A stretch of DNA of 59,814 nt from a virus. Lineage: Duplodnaviria; Caudoviricetes. Each line of letters starts with the position of its first letter. The stretch's first letter is position 1. The position numbers and the translations under genes were made by a program. The stretch spans positions 1 to 59,814 of the IMG/VR virus record IMGVR_UViG_3300032304_000176; one strand, given 5' to 3'. The notes beneath the pieces are model-generated. The model was given only the letters and a program-made list of their open reading frames with translations. It had not been told where the DNA came from and made no database searches. This document shows, piece by piece, positions 1-8,841 of this stretch.

Positions 1-141
1 CAAATCCAAAGTCAACTGACATCCATTTTCGCAGTGCTGTTCGTGACAGGGTGGTTCTTATGGCTGATGATACTTCTAAGGACGAGCGTGACGTACCGTG
101 GTCTTTACTCATCGCCGTCATCGCTTTGTGTTTTGTGCTAG
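1..141 (+). CDS. partial membrane protein (C-terminal end)
   Basis: Frame 1 is open from the window edge to TAG at 139-141 and has a hydrophobic stretch (IFAVLFVTGWFLWLMILL). It overlaps the next ORF. Confidence 0.5.
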   Translation, partial: QIQSQLTSIFAVLFVTGWFLWLMILLRTSVTYRGLYSSPSSLCVLC

Positions 142-260
142 TGATTGCGCTCCCCGTCATGGGGGTCATGTACATGGATATGAATAATGCAACAGTAGCG
201 GCAATGGAAGAAATACGCAAAATGCGTGAACTACGCGCAAAAATATTATTGGGGGAATAA
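60..260 (+). CDS. small single-TM membrane protein
   Basis: ORF 51..260, likely ATG at 60. TM segment WSLLIAVIALCFVLVIALPVMGVM. Stop overlaps the next start (TAATG). Confidence 0.65.
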   Translation: MADDTSKDERDVPWSLLIAVIALCFVLVIALPVMGVMYMDMNNATVAAMEEIRKMRELRAKILLGE

Positions 261-679
261 TGGGTGCGGTAGATAGGTATAAAAAATGGTCTGAAGATAA
301 CCCAAAAACCAAACTTGCCGCTGATCTAACGCCCGGTATTGGTGCTGCTACTTCTGTTGGAGATTCCGCTGTTGCGTTTAATGAAGGTAGGCATGGAGAT
401 GCCGCATTAGAACTTCTTGGTGTTGTACCCGGAGTTAAAGCATTACCTATGATAAATAAAGCATCTCGTGCGGCTCAAAAAATTAATAAAGCAAGGCAAG
501 CTGCTACAACAGCAGACAAAACAAGTGACACATTGCAGTATGTCGAAGGACGTAAGTCGGAGGATGATAAACCAGATTGGGCTACAGGCGGTATGAAAAA
601 AGGTGGCAAAGTACGTACAGCCTCACAACGTGCGGATGGTATAGCCCAGCGGGGCAAAACAAAAGGAAGGATTAAATAA
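260..679 (+). CDS. hypothetical protein with C-terminal MKKGG / ADGIAQRGKTKG motifs
   Basis: 139-aa ORF coupled to both neighbours. C-terminal motifs are shared with 50820..51179. Confidence 0.75.
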   Translation: MGAVDRYKKWSEDNPKTKLAADLTPGIGAATSVGDSAVAFNEGRHGDAALELLGVVPGVKALPMINKASRAAQKINKARQAATTADKTSDTLQYVEGRKSEDDKPDWATGGMKKGGKVRTASQRADGIAQRGKTKGRIK

Positions 680-1194
680 TGCTGACACTACTTTCAACAC
701 TTGTTAGTTTTTTGATGGGTGGCTTGCCCAAGATATTAGATTTATTTCAAGACAAGTCTGATAAGTCGCACGAACTTGCTCTTGCTAGGATGCAAACTGA
801 ACGGGAACTACAACTAGCCGCCGCAGGATACGTTGCCCAACAACAGATTGAAGCTATCAAGCTTGATGAGATAAAGACGCAGACAGCTTCTGCGGAGAAA
901 GTCTCGTTAATCGACGCACAATCTGCGGAGATGAGTGCCATATATGCCCACGACACAAGTCTTAATGAAGGTACATCCCAGTGGATGAAAGACTTCCGCG
1001 CTTCGGTGCGTCCTGTAATTACTTACGGATTCTTTTTTCTACTGGTAGGCATTGACGGCGTGTTGGCGTACAAAGGCTTGACTAGCGGCGTGGAATTTAA
1101 TGCGTTGGCTGACCAGCTATGGGATAACGAGACTCAAGCATTGTTTGCAAGCATCATAGCGTTCCATTTCGGCGGTAGGGCGTTTGGAAAATGA
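679..1194 (+). CDS. putative holin (3-TM type)
   Basis: N-terminal hydrophobic helix, a coiled coil, then RASVRPVITY plus two TM segments ending FHFGGR. Directly upstream of the lysozyme. Confidence 0.65.
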   Translation: MLTLLSTLVSFLMGGLPKILDLFQDKSDKSHELALARMQTERELQLAAAGYVAQQQIEAIKLDEIKTQTASAEKVSLIDAQSAEMSAIYAHDTSLNEGTSQWMKDFRASVRPVITYGFFFLLVGIDGVLAYKGLTSGVEFNALADQLWDNETQALFASIIAFHFGGRAFGK

Positions 1195-1670
1195 TAAGCC
1201 TCAAGGCTTTAAAGATGATCTCTCATCACGAGGGAGTAAGGAATAAACCTTACCGGTGCCCAGCTAGGCTGTGGACGGTTGGCGTGGGGCATGTGATTGA
1301 CCCTAACCACGCAAGAGTACCGTTTGAACAGCGCAGTTATCTGGAAATTCCGGATGGCTGGAACCGCACATTTACAATGGAAGAAGTAGATGCCATACTT
1401 GCAAAAGACCTTGAGAGGTTTGAACGTGGAGTTCTTAAATATTGTCCTACTGCTGGCTCTAATCAAGGCTGGCTGGACAGTCTAGTCAGTTTTAGCTTCA
1501 ACGTGGGTTTGGGTACATTGCAACGCAGCACACTGCGACAAAAGCATAACCGGGGCGACTACCAAGGCGCAGCCGACGAATTTTTAAAATATTGTAAAGC
1601 TGGTGGTAAAGTCCTAAGAGGTCTTGAGAACCGCCGCAAAGACGAACGTTCAATCTATTTAGGGAACTAA
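1191..1670 (+). CDS. endolysin, GH24 phage lysozyme
   Basis: HEG-x7-C-x5-TVGVGH catalytic region, SFSFNVG and C-terminal GLENRRKDE. Confidence 0.92.
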   Translation: MISLKALKMISHHEGVRNKPYRCPARLWTVGVGHVIDPNHARVPFEQRSYLEIPDGWNRTFTMEEVDAILAKDLERFERGVLKYCPTAGSNQGWLDSLVSFSFNVGLGTLQRSTLRQKHNRGDYQGAADEFLKYCKAGGKVLRGLENRRKDERSIYLGN

Positions 1671-1671
1671 C

Positions 1672-2652
1672 ATGGCAAGTACCTACTCACCCGACCTACG
1701 AATAGAACTGATTGCCAACGGCGAGAAGTCAGGGACGTGGGGCACCATCACCAATTTAAACCTCGGCACCATCATTGAAGATGCGATTGCGGGGGCGGCT
1801 ACAGTTACAACTTCTTCTGCTGCGCAAGCCTTGACGGTATTTAACGGCGCACAAGACCAAGCTCGGTGCTCAACCCTCGTATTAAACACGGTGGCTGGAT
1901 CAAACTACAACGTCTACGTGCCACCAGTTCCCAAGCTCTACGTTGTTAGAAACACCAGCGCAACCTACACCTGCACACTCTACGCAAGTACAGTATCAGG
2001 CAACACCACAGCGGCGGGTTCAGGTATTACGGTGCCGGTTTCAACCTCCATGATAGTGCGTTGCGACGGTACCAACATTGTTGACCAGACTAACTACATC
2101 AGTGGCGCGTTGGGTGTGGGCGGAAACTTTTCGGTGGCTGGAACGGCAACAGGCGTGACCCCAGCAGGGGGAGACAATAGCACTAAGTTTGCTACAACCG
2201 CGTTTGTTCAGAGTATTGCGGGTACGTCGTTTCCATCAGGCGGCATCATTATGTGGAACGGCTCGGTAGGTTCAATTCCTGCTGGCTGGGTTTTGTGCAA
2301 TGGCTCAAGCGGCACCCCAGATTTGCGCTCTAGATTTGTAGTAGGCGCAGGGTCTACGTACGCTGTCGGTGCGACAGGCGGTTCGGCGGATGCAACTCTT
2401 GTAAGCCACGACCACACATTCAGCGGGACTACGGGCAGTGTTGGAGATCACAACCACTCAATGCCGGGTAGTTCTACTGGCTCGGGAGGAAGTGGGGCAT
2501 TTGAGAATAGAAACCCATCCGGAACCAAACAAACAGGCGATGCTGGAGGCCACGACCACAGTTTTTCTGGCACCACATCTTCTCAAGGTTCGTCAGGTAC
2601 AAACGCAAACTTACCTCCGTACTACGCGCTTTGCTACATCATGAAACTATAA
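1672..2652 (+). CDS. tail fibre / collar-domain structural protein
   Basis: NSTKFATTAFV, then PSGGIIMWNG..IPAGWVLCNG..TPDLRSRFVVGAG (tail-collar-like), HxH repeats and a NLPPYYALCYIMK end. Confidence 0.75.
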   Translation: MASTYSPDLRIELIANGEKSGTWGTITNLNLGTIIEDAIAGAATVTTSSAAQALTVFNGAQDQARCSTLVLNTVAGSNYNVYVPPVPKLYVVRNTSATYTCTLYASTVSGNTTAAGSGITVPVSTSMIVRCDGTNIVDQTNYISGALGVGGNFSVAGTATGVTPAGGDNSTKFATTAFVQSIAGTSFPSGGIIMWNGSVGSIPAGWVLCNGSSGTPDLRSRFVVGAGSTYAVGATGGSADATLVSHDHTFSGTTGSVGDHNHSMPGSSTGSGGSGAFENRNPSGTKQTGDAGGHDHSFSGTTSSQGSSGTNANLPPYYALCYIMKL

Positions 2653-2662
2653 GGAGCAGTAA

Positions 2663-4804
2663 ATGCCCTTGCAGAAATTACAGTTTCGCCCCGGAGTTAA
2701 CCGCGAAGGTACGACGCTTGCCAATGAAGGTGGTTGGTTTGAGTGCGACAAGGTGCGGTTTCGTTCTGGCTACCCTGAAAAAATTGGTGGCTGGGCTGCA
2801 ATTACTTACAGTACCTTTTTGGGCACGTGCCGATCATTGTGGAATTGGGTCACGCTAAAGGGCTACAACTTACTTGGCGTTGGCACACATCTAAAGTTCT
2901 ATGTAGAAAACGGCGGTACCTACTACGACATCACGCCTATTGGAGCAACAACCAACCCAATGGGTAACAACCCATTTGCTACAGCCTATTCAACGCTTAA
3001 CGGTGCTATTACTGCCACTGCCACAACAATTACGCTAACCAGCACTTCAACGTTCCCAACAATTGGTGGGCGTATAAAAATTGATTCAGAAGAAATGATC
3101 TATGCCGCCGTATCGGGCAGCACATTAACAGGTTTAACTCGTGGCGTTAACGGCACTACAGCGGCTACACATAGTACTGGGGCGGCAGTTGGCTGCGCTA
3201 CGTTAATTGTTACTGATGCTTCTCACGTGGTTGAGAATAATAGCTTTGTGGACTATAGCAACGTAACTACATTTAATGTGTTTACTTCCACAATAATGAA
3301 CACCAATGCGTCTACGCATGTACCAAGTTTCCAAATGCAGTACCTGTCTGGCACAACGTACGTAATCACCGTAACAGACCTAAGCACAGGGCAGTACGTA
3401 TACTCTACAGCAGCTACTACAGGCGGCGGCGCATCGGTTAAAGCTGAGTATGAGCTTGATGCGGGTTTAGAGATTTACTCTTTGGGTACAGGTTGGGGCG
3501 CAGGGCCTTGGTCACGCGGCACATGGGGTTCAGGCTACACCGGAGCGTCTACGGGCATTGGCTTGCAGTTACGTTTATGGAGCCAAGCTAACTTTGGTGA
3601 GATTCTTTTGTTCTCGCCTCGTGGTGGAGCTATTTACTACTGGGCACCGGGTGCTGCTGGTACGCCTGACTTTGCTACACGCGGCGCACTTGTTACGGGT
3701 TCTGAAGTTCCAGTACAAACTAATCAGGTTATGGTCTCGGATGCTACGCGTATTTGTATAGCGTTTGGCGCTACGTCGTATTCGTTTGATTCCCCTGCCA
3801 GTACGTTTGACCCGATGTTAATTCGTTGGTCGGTACAAGAAGATTACACCGATTGGTTGCCAGCAGTTACAAACCAAGCAGGTAGCTATAGGTTGTCGCA
3901 CGGCTCATTCATTGTTGGGGCGCTCCAGACTCGTCAAGAGATTTTGGTGTGGACAGATTCTACGATCTATTCTATGCAGTATCTGGGGCCTCCTTACGTT
4001 TGGGGCTTTAACTTACTGTCGGATAACATCTCCCTCATTTCGCCTAACGCTATGGCAACTGCCAACGGCGTTACTTACTGGATGGGTACAGATAAGTTCT
4101 ACATTTATTCAGGTCGTGTCGAGACGCTGCCATGTTCGCTGCGTCAGTATGTGTTTGACGATATTAATAGAGATCAATCGTTCCAATGCTTTGCTGGCAC
4201 AAACGAAGGCTATAGCGAAGTGTGGTGGTTTTATTGCTCAAAAGACTCCGATGCTGTTGGCCGGTATGTAATCTTTAACTACCTTGACCGCGTTTGGTAT
4301 TACGGCACGATGGATCGTTCTGCTTGGTTAGATAGCCCGTTACGTGAATTCCCACAGGCGGCTACGTTGAATAATCTTATTGTGTTTCACGAAGCAGCGG
4401 TTGATGACGGCACTACTAACCCACCTGCACCTATTGAGTCGTTTATTCAGTCGTCTGACTTTGATATTGGTGACGGGCACAACTACGGGTTTGTATGGCA
4501 GATCGTGCCAGATATTACATTTGACGGGTCAGATACAGCGTCGCCCGGCTTCCCATCGGTTAACTTCACGGTGCGCCCACGGCAAAATCCCGGTGCTAAC
4601 TATGGTATAGCGGACAACCCAGTGGTGGCATCAACGGTATCTTACGCGTCGCGTAATACATACAACGTACAACAATTTACCCAGTTAGTGAACACTCGCA
4701 TACGCGGCAGACAGATGGCGTTTAAGATTCAGTGCGATACGTTAGGCACTCAGTGGCAGTTAGGTACACCGCGAATTAATGTTAGACCTGACGGGAGACG
4801 CTAA
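2663..4804 (+). CDS. tail nozzle / packaged-DNA stabilization protein (P22 gp10 / T7 gp12-like)
   Basis: 713 aa, beta-rich with W/Y-rich blades, in the typical position before the ejection genes. Confidence 0.65.
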   Translation: MPLQKLQFRPGVNREGTTLANEGGWFECDKVRFRSGYPEKIGGWAAITYSTFLGTCRSLWNWVTLKGYNLLGVGTHLKFYVENGGTYYDITPIGATTNPMGNNPFATAYSTLNGAITATATTITLTSTSTFPTIGGRIKIDSEEMIYAAVSGSTLTGLTRGVNGTTAATHSTGAAVGCATLIVTDASHVVENNSFVDYSNVTTFNVFTSTIMNTNASTHVPSFQMQYLSGTTYVITVTDLSTGQYVYSTAATTGGGASVKAEYELDAGLEIYSLGTGWGAGPWSRGTWGSGYTGASTGIGLQLRLWSQANFGEILLFSPRGGAIYYWAPGAAGTPDFATRGALVTGSEVPVQTNQVMVSDATRICIAFGATSYSFDSPASTFDPMLIRWSVQEDYTDWLPAVTNQAGSYRLSHGSFIVGALQTRQEILVWTDSTIYSMQYLGPPYVWGFNLLSDNISLISPNAMATANGVTYWMGTDKFYIYSGRVETLPCSLRQYVFDDINRDQSFQCFAGTNEGYSEVWWFYCSKDSDAVGRYVIFNYLDRVWYYGTMDRSAWLDSPLREFPQAATLNNLIVFHEAAVDDGTTNPPAPIESFIQSSDFDIGDGHNYGFVWQIVPDITFDGSDTASPGFPSVNFTVRPRQNPGANYGIADNPVVASTVSYASRNTYNVQQFTQLVNTRIRGRQMAFKIQCDTLGTQWQLGTPRINVRPDGRR

Positions 4805-5133
4805 TGTCTACGGGTACAACCAAATTTCCTACGTTGCCGCTGGCTCCAATTCAGTACGACCAGAAGTATCAGGATCAGCTAAACACTATTTTGCGTCTGT
4901 ATTTCTCGCAACTAGACAACCCCGGCCCCAGTGCAGGTTCCACACGGCGCGTACTAAGCCCCATAAGTGGTATAGAAGAAGTTATCTCTGGGTACAACTT
5001 TAGCGAACTTAATGCGGTTACTGGAGCACGTCGTATAAGTTTGCCAACACAAGCTGACTTAGCCGCAGGTAGACTGCGTACTGGAGATTTGTACTACGAC
5101 ACCACAACATATATCTTAAAGATATCACCATGA
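4804..5133 (+). CDS. virion-associated hypothetical protein
   Basis: Translationally coupled ORF in the tail operon. Confidence 0.6.
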   Translation: MSTGTTKFPTLPLAPIQYDQKYQDQLNTILRLYFSQLDNPGPSAGSTRRVLSPISGIEEVISGYNFSELNAVTGARRISLPTQADLAAGRLRTGDLYYDTTTYILKISP

Positions 5134-5507
5134 CCCCCGAAGATCGTGCCCTGATTATGGTGTATGAGTCTGTAAAGCATCGCTTAACAATTGGGCTGAC
5201 TGAGTATCTAGAGGCAGTAAAAGATTGGACTGTTATACCCCTGACCGAATCAGGGCGCGTTATAGGTGGTGTGTTAGTAAAAGATAACGAGATTCATGTA
5301 GGATATGGGGTTAAGCCAATTGGGTGTATTCGGGCGTATATTCGGGCCATACTCGGCGGTGTAATAGATAAATACGGCTACGCCGTAACTCAAGTACGTG
5401 AAGAAAACCAAGCTGGACTACGGTTCTGCGAAAGGTTAGGATTTGTCAAATTAAGCGCACAAAACGGTACAATACTGCTACGTTGCGACAGGAGTAATTA
5501 CGCATGA
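5130..5507 (+). CDS. GNAT-fold acetyltransferase-like protein
   Basis: VREENQAGLRFCERLGF matches the GNAT C-terminal motif. Confidence 0.7.
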   Translation: MTPEDRALIMVYESVKHRLTIGLTEYLEAVKDWTVIPLTESGRVIGGVLVKDNEIHVGYGVKPIGCIRAYIRAILGGVIDKYGYAVTQVREENQAGLRFCERLGFVKLSAQNGTILLRCDRSNYA

Positions 5508-7456
5508 GAATACCAAATAAATTCAATGGTTATAGCCGTGATGGCATTCGTCTATACAACGACCCAGCTACGGCGGCTGCTATTGCGGCGGCGGGTACTA
5601 GTACTGGCACTATGGCGGGTACAACTTTGTTAGCAAGTGGGGCTGCTGCGGGAACTACCGCAACTATTGCTAGTAATATGGCACTTGCCAGTGGCATGAA
5701 TCTTGGGTCTAATCTCTACAACGCTGGCAGTGGCCTTAATAGTTTACTGAATAACGGAGTAGATCAAGCTGCGCTCCTTCCGGGCCAAATTGCCGCAACA
5801 ACTCCACCGGTTCCTACTGGGATAGCGTCTGGGTTTAATCCTGATCCTAGCAGTGCTGCTGAAAGGTATTTAGCGGGTTTACAAACTCCTACGCCACCAG
5901 CCTTTACGCCGGGTCAAGCGACGATGAACACTAACATATTAGGTTCCCCTGCGTTAAACCCTACGGCACAAATTACACCAACGGTTAATGCTGCTCCAGC
6001 GATGCGCAACGCTGCGGAAGTGTATGAGGCAGCGCGGCCTGTTTACCCACAAGGTATTGAAAGCTTAGCGCAAGGTCGTGGGTTTCCTTCGGTAGAAAGC
6101 ATAACTGCGGCTCCTGCTCCTGTTTCTGCTGCAACTGCTCCTGTTACTGAAGTGATAGCTGATCGAGCTACTAGTCCACTTCTTGAGCCTATTATTTCTG
6201 AACCCGGCACTTCTCCTGTAAAGTTAATTGAAAACCCCGTAGAAGGAAATGTTGTTACGATGGGCAGCAATCCAGCCGTTAAACCCGGCATGACGGGTAA
6301 TGCATACGACGATGCAAAAACATTATTTGGTAAACCTAATTGGCAGAACATAAAAGACTTTGCTTCTGAGCATCCTTATTTAACAGCAGGAGCTGGGTTA
6401 GCTGCATATCAACTACTAAAGCCTAAAGCTCCTGTAGAGAAAAAAGCCCCGGCACAAATTCGCCCATATACAAATACACGTACAGTTAGCCCAACGGCTA
6501 GTTACTACACTCCATACAGCGGCGCATCTACTGCCGAACGTAACTACTTTACTGGTGGGTTGCAAGCACTTCCTATATATGAAGCAGCAGAAGGTGGCTT
6601 AACAAGTCTGGCAGTAGGTGGCCCAATTGAAACCATGTCGGCTATGAACGCTGTTGGTGAGAACTTAAACTACCCGCAATCGCAATACCAGACCGACATT
6701 TATAGCAACCCCAACGTGCAACGTCCACAAATAACGAACATGATTGCGCCGTCAGGCGATGTGCCGGTTGACCAATACACAGGCGAGCAGAAGTTTGCTG
6801 ATGGTGGAGACACAGGCGGATACAAGTATTCTTACGATCCGAAGACACAGCAATTTACGCAATTGTCGGCACCGCAGCTAGCATCTGATATGTCCGACAC
6901 AGTAATAAATGGTTTAAACAGCACAAGTTACGGCAAACAAACCACACCAGTTGTAGCACCAAAACCGTTCACACCTGTAACTACAGGCGGTATAACTACG
7001 CCAGCAGTGCAATCAATGCCAGCCCCTATGCAGCAAGCCGCAGCGCCCATAGATATTCCAGCGTACCAAACTCCTGAGCAGCAATTAGGATTGGGCGGGT
7101 TTTACGACTACATGAACCAGCAACTAGGCGGTATGCGTGGGTATCAAGGTTTCGCAGAGGGTGGGCTTTCACATTTAGGAGGGTACTCAGATGGTGGACG
7201 ATTGCTCCGTGGGCCGGGTGATGGTGTCAGTGATTCTATCCCTGCTTCTATTGGTGACCGTCAGCCCGCTCGTCTTGCTGATGGCGAATTCGTTGTACCC
7301 GCCCGGATTGTGTCAGAAATTGGCAATGGCTCCACCGAAGCTGGTGCTCGTAAGTTGTATGCGATGATGGAACGTATACAGAACGCCCGTAAAAAGTCTG
7401 TAGGTAAAGGTAAAGTAGCTGTTAATAGTAAAGCAGATAAATACCTACCCGCATGA
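5504..7456 (+). CDS. internal virion / ejection protein with xxxGG motifs and C-terminal GPGDGVSDSIPA domain
   Basis: 650 aa, A/P/T/G-rich low complexity, with C-terminal RGPGDGVSDSIPA...LADGEFVVPA. Confidence 0.65.
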   Translation: MRIPNKFNGYSRDGIRLYNDPATAAAIAAAGTSTGTMAGTTLLASGAAAGTTATIASNMALASGMNLGSNLYNAGSGLNSLLNNGVDQAALLPGQIAATTPPVPTGIASGFNPDPSSAAERYLAGLQTPTPPAFTPGQATMNTNILGSPALNPTAQITPTVNAAPAMRNAAEVYEAARPVYPQGIESLAQGRGFPSVESITAAPAPVSAATAPVTEVIADRATSPLLEPIISEPGTSPVKLIENPVEGNVVTMGSNPAVKPGMTGNAYDDAKTLFGKPNWQNIKDFASEHPYLTAGAGLAAYQLLKPKAPVEKKAPAQIRPYTNTRTVSPTASYYTPYSGASTAERNYFTGGLQALPIYEAAEGGLTSLAVGGPIETMSAMNAVGENLNYPQSQYQTDIYSNPNVQRPQITNMIAPSGDVPVDQYTGEQKFADGGDTGGYKYSYDPKTQQFTQLSAPQLASDMSDTVINGLNSTSYGKQTTPVVAPKPFTPVTTGGITTPAVQSMPAPMQQAAAPIDIPAYQTPEQQLGLGGFYDYMNQQLGGMRGYQGFAEGGLSHLGGYSDGGRLLRGPGDGVSDSIPASIGDRQPARLADGEFVVPARIVSEIGNGSTEAGARKLYAMMERIQNARKKSVGKGKVAVNSKADKYLPA

Positions 7457-7884
7457 TTGAAGTCTCTATGGTTCCTACTCAGCATATAGATACGTGCTGG
7501 GAGCAGATAAAACCCTACATGGAGAAAGCCGCGAAGTACACGTATGGTAGATTTACGGCAGATGATATATACGATTCTATAGTAGAGCATGACTACCACC
7601 TGTGGGTAGCGTTTGATGAAGAAATAATATTGGGTGCCGTGGTTACGCAGTTCATGGTGTATCCCAAACGAAGAACACTTAGCATGACTTTTTGTGGGGG
7701 TACTCATCTACATGAGTGGAAAGGCCCGATGCTTGCATTACTACAAAGGTTTGCTGCGGATATGAATTGCGACGGGATTGAGGCTACGGCACGTAAAGGC
7801 TGGGCTAAAATTTTTAAATCTGATGGATATAAAGAACGCTGGGTAACTTTTGAGTTGCCAGTAAAAGGAGCAGAAAATGGGTAA
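7453..7884 (+). CDS. GNAT-like protein (phage ejection-module type)
   Basis: GAVVTQF..YP...LSMTFCGG...GIEATARKGWAKIF pattern, located between ejection genes. Confidence 0.55.
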   Translation: MIEVSMVPTQHIDTCWEQIKPYMEKAAKYTYGRFTADDIYDSIVEHDYHLWVAFDEEIILGAVVTQFMVYPKRRTLSMTFCGGTHLHEWKGPMLALLQRFAADMNCDGIEATARKGWAKIFKSDGYKERWVTFELPVKGAENG

Positions 7885-8839
7885 AGGCGGCGGCGGAGGC
7901 CAACAACCTACTAGTCAAAGTGTAACGCAGAGCAACATTCCTGAATACGCGAGGCCGTATGCTGAGCGCATGCTGGGTAAAGCAGAAGCGTTAACAGAGA
8001 CTCCATACCAAGCATATGGCGGTGAGCGCATTGCTGGGTTTAATAACCTACAGAATCGAGCATTCCAAGAAGCTGCTAATCTTGGGCCATCGCAGCAGTT
8101 AGGTATTGGTACACAGTTAGCCGGTATGTCTGGTCTTGGCTCGTTGCAAGCAGGGCAGAACTACCAGAACATGGCAACTAATCCGTACGCTATGCAGTCG
8201 TACATGTCGCCGTATATACAAAATGCGTTAGCCCCTCAGATGCAGGAAGCAGCGCGTCAGTCAGATATTCAAGGACAGCAAAACGCTGGGCAAGCAGCTA
8301 GAGCGGGTGCCTTTGGTGGGTCACGGTTTGGTCTACAAGAAGCGGAACGCCAACGCAATCTGGCTACTATGCAGAATTCGATTTACGGTACAGGGATGCA
8401 GAATGCGTTCCAGAACGCCCAGCAAGCGCAGCAGTTTGGCGCAACATTAGGTTTGCAAGGTATGGGACAAGGTCTGCAAGCTGCTAATACGTTGGGGCAG
8501 TTAGGTCAGACTCAGTTTGGTCAGCAACAAGCGGCTATGCAAGCTCGTGCAGCGGCAGGTCAACAACAGCAAGATTTGGAACAACAGAAGTTGGGTCAGC
8601 AGTACCAAGACTTTCTTACTCAGCGTGGCTACCCACAGCAGCAGTTGTCGTACATGTCGGATATGCTTCGTGGACTTCCGCTTTCTGGGCAAACGCAACA
8701 ACAATACACGGCACCTGCTTCTATGCTGGCAACCGCTGGTGGTCTAGGCGCTATGTATCTCGGCGCACAAAGAGCGTTCGGTAAAAAAGAAGGTGGGTTA
8801 ATGGGCATGGCTCTAGATAACATGGTGAATGGTAAATAA
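7877..8839 (+). CDS. DNA ejection / pilot protein
   Basis: MGKGGGGG start, Q/A/G-rich helical body, GAFGGSR motif and a hydrophobic C-terminal segment. Confidence 0.7.
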   Translation: MGKGGGGGQQPTSQSVTQSNIPEYARPYAERMLGKAEALTETPYQAYGGERIAGFNNLQNRAFQEAANLGPSQQLGIGTQLAGMSGLGSLQAGQNYQNMATNPYAMQSYMSPYIQNALAPQMQEAARQSDIQGQQNAGQAARAGAFGGSRFGLQEAERQRNLATMQNSIYGTGMQNAFQNAQQAQQFGATLGLQGMGQGLQAANTLGQLGQTQFGQQQAAMQARAAAGQQQQDLEQQKLGQQYQDFLTQRGYPQQQLSYMSDMLRGLPLSGQTQQQYTAPASMLATAGGLGAMYLGAQRAFGKKEGGLMGMALDNMVNGK

Positions 8840-8841
8840 TC

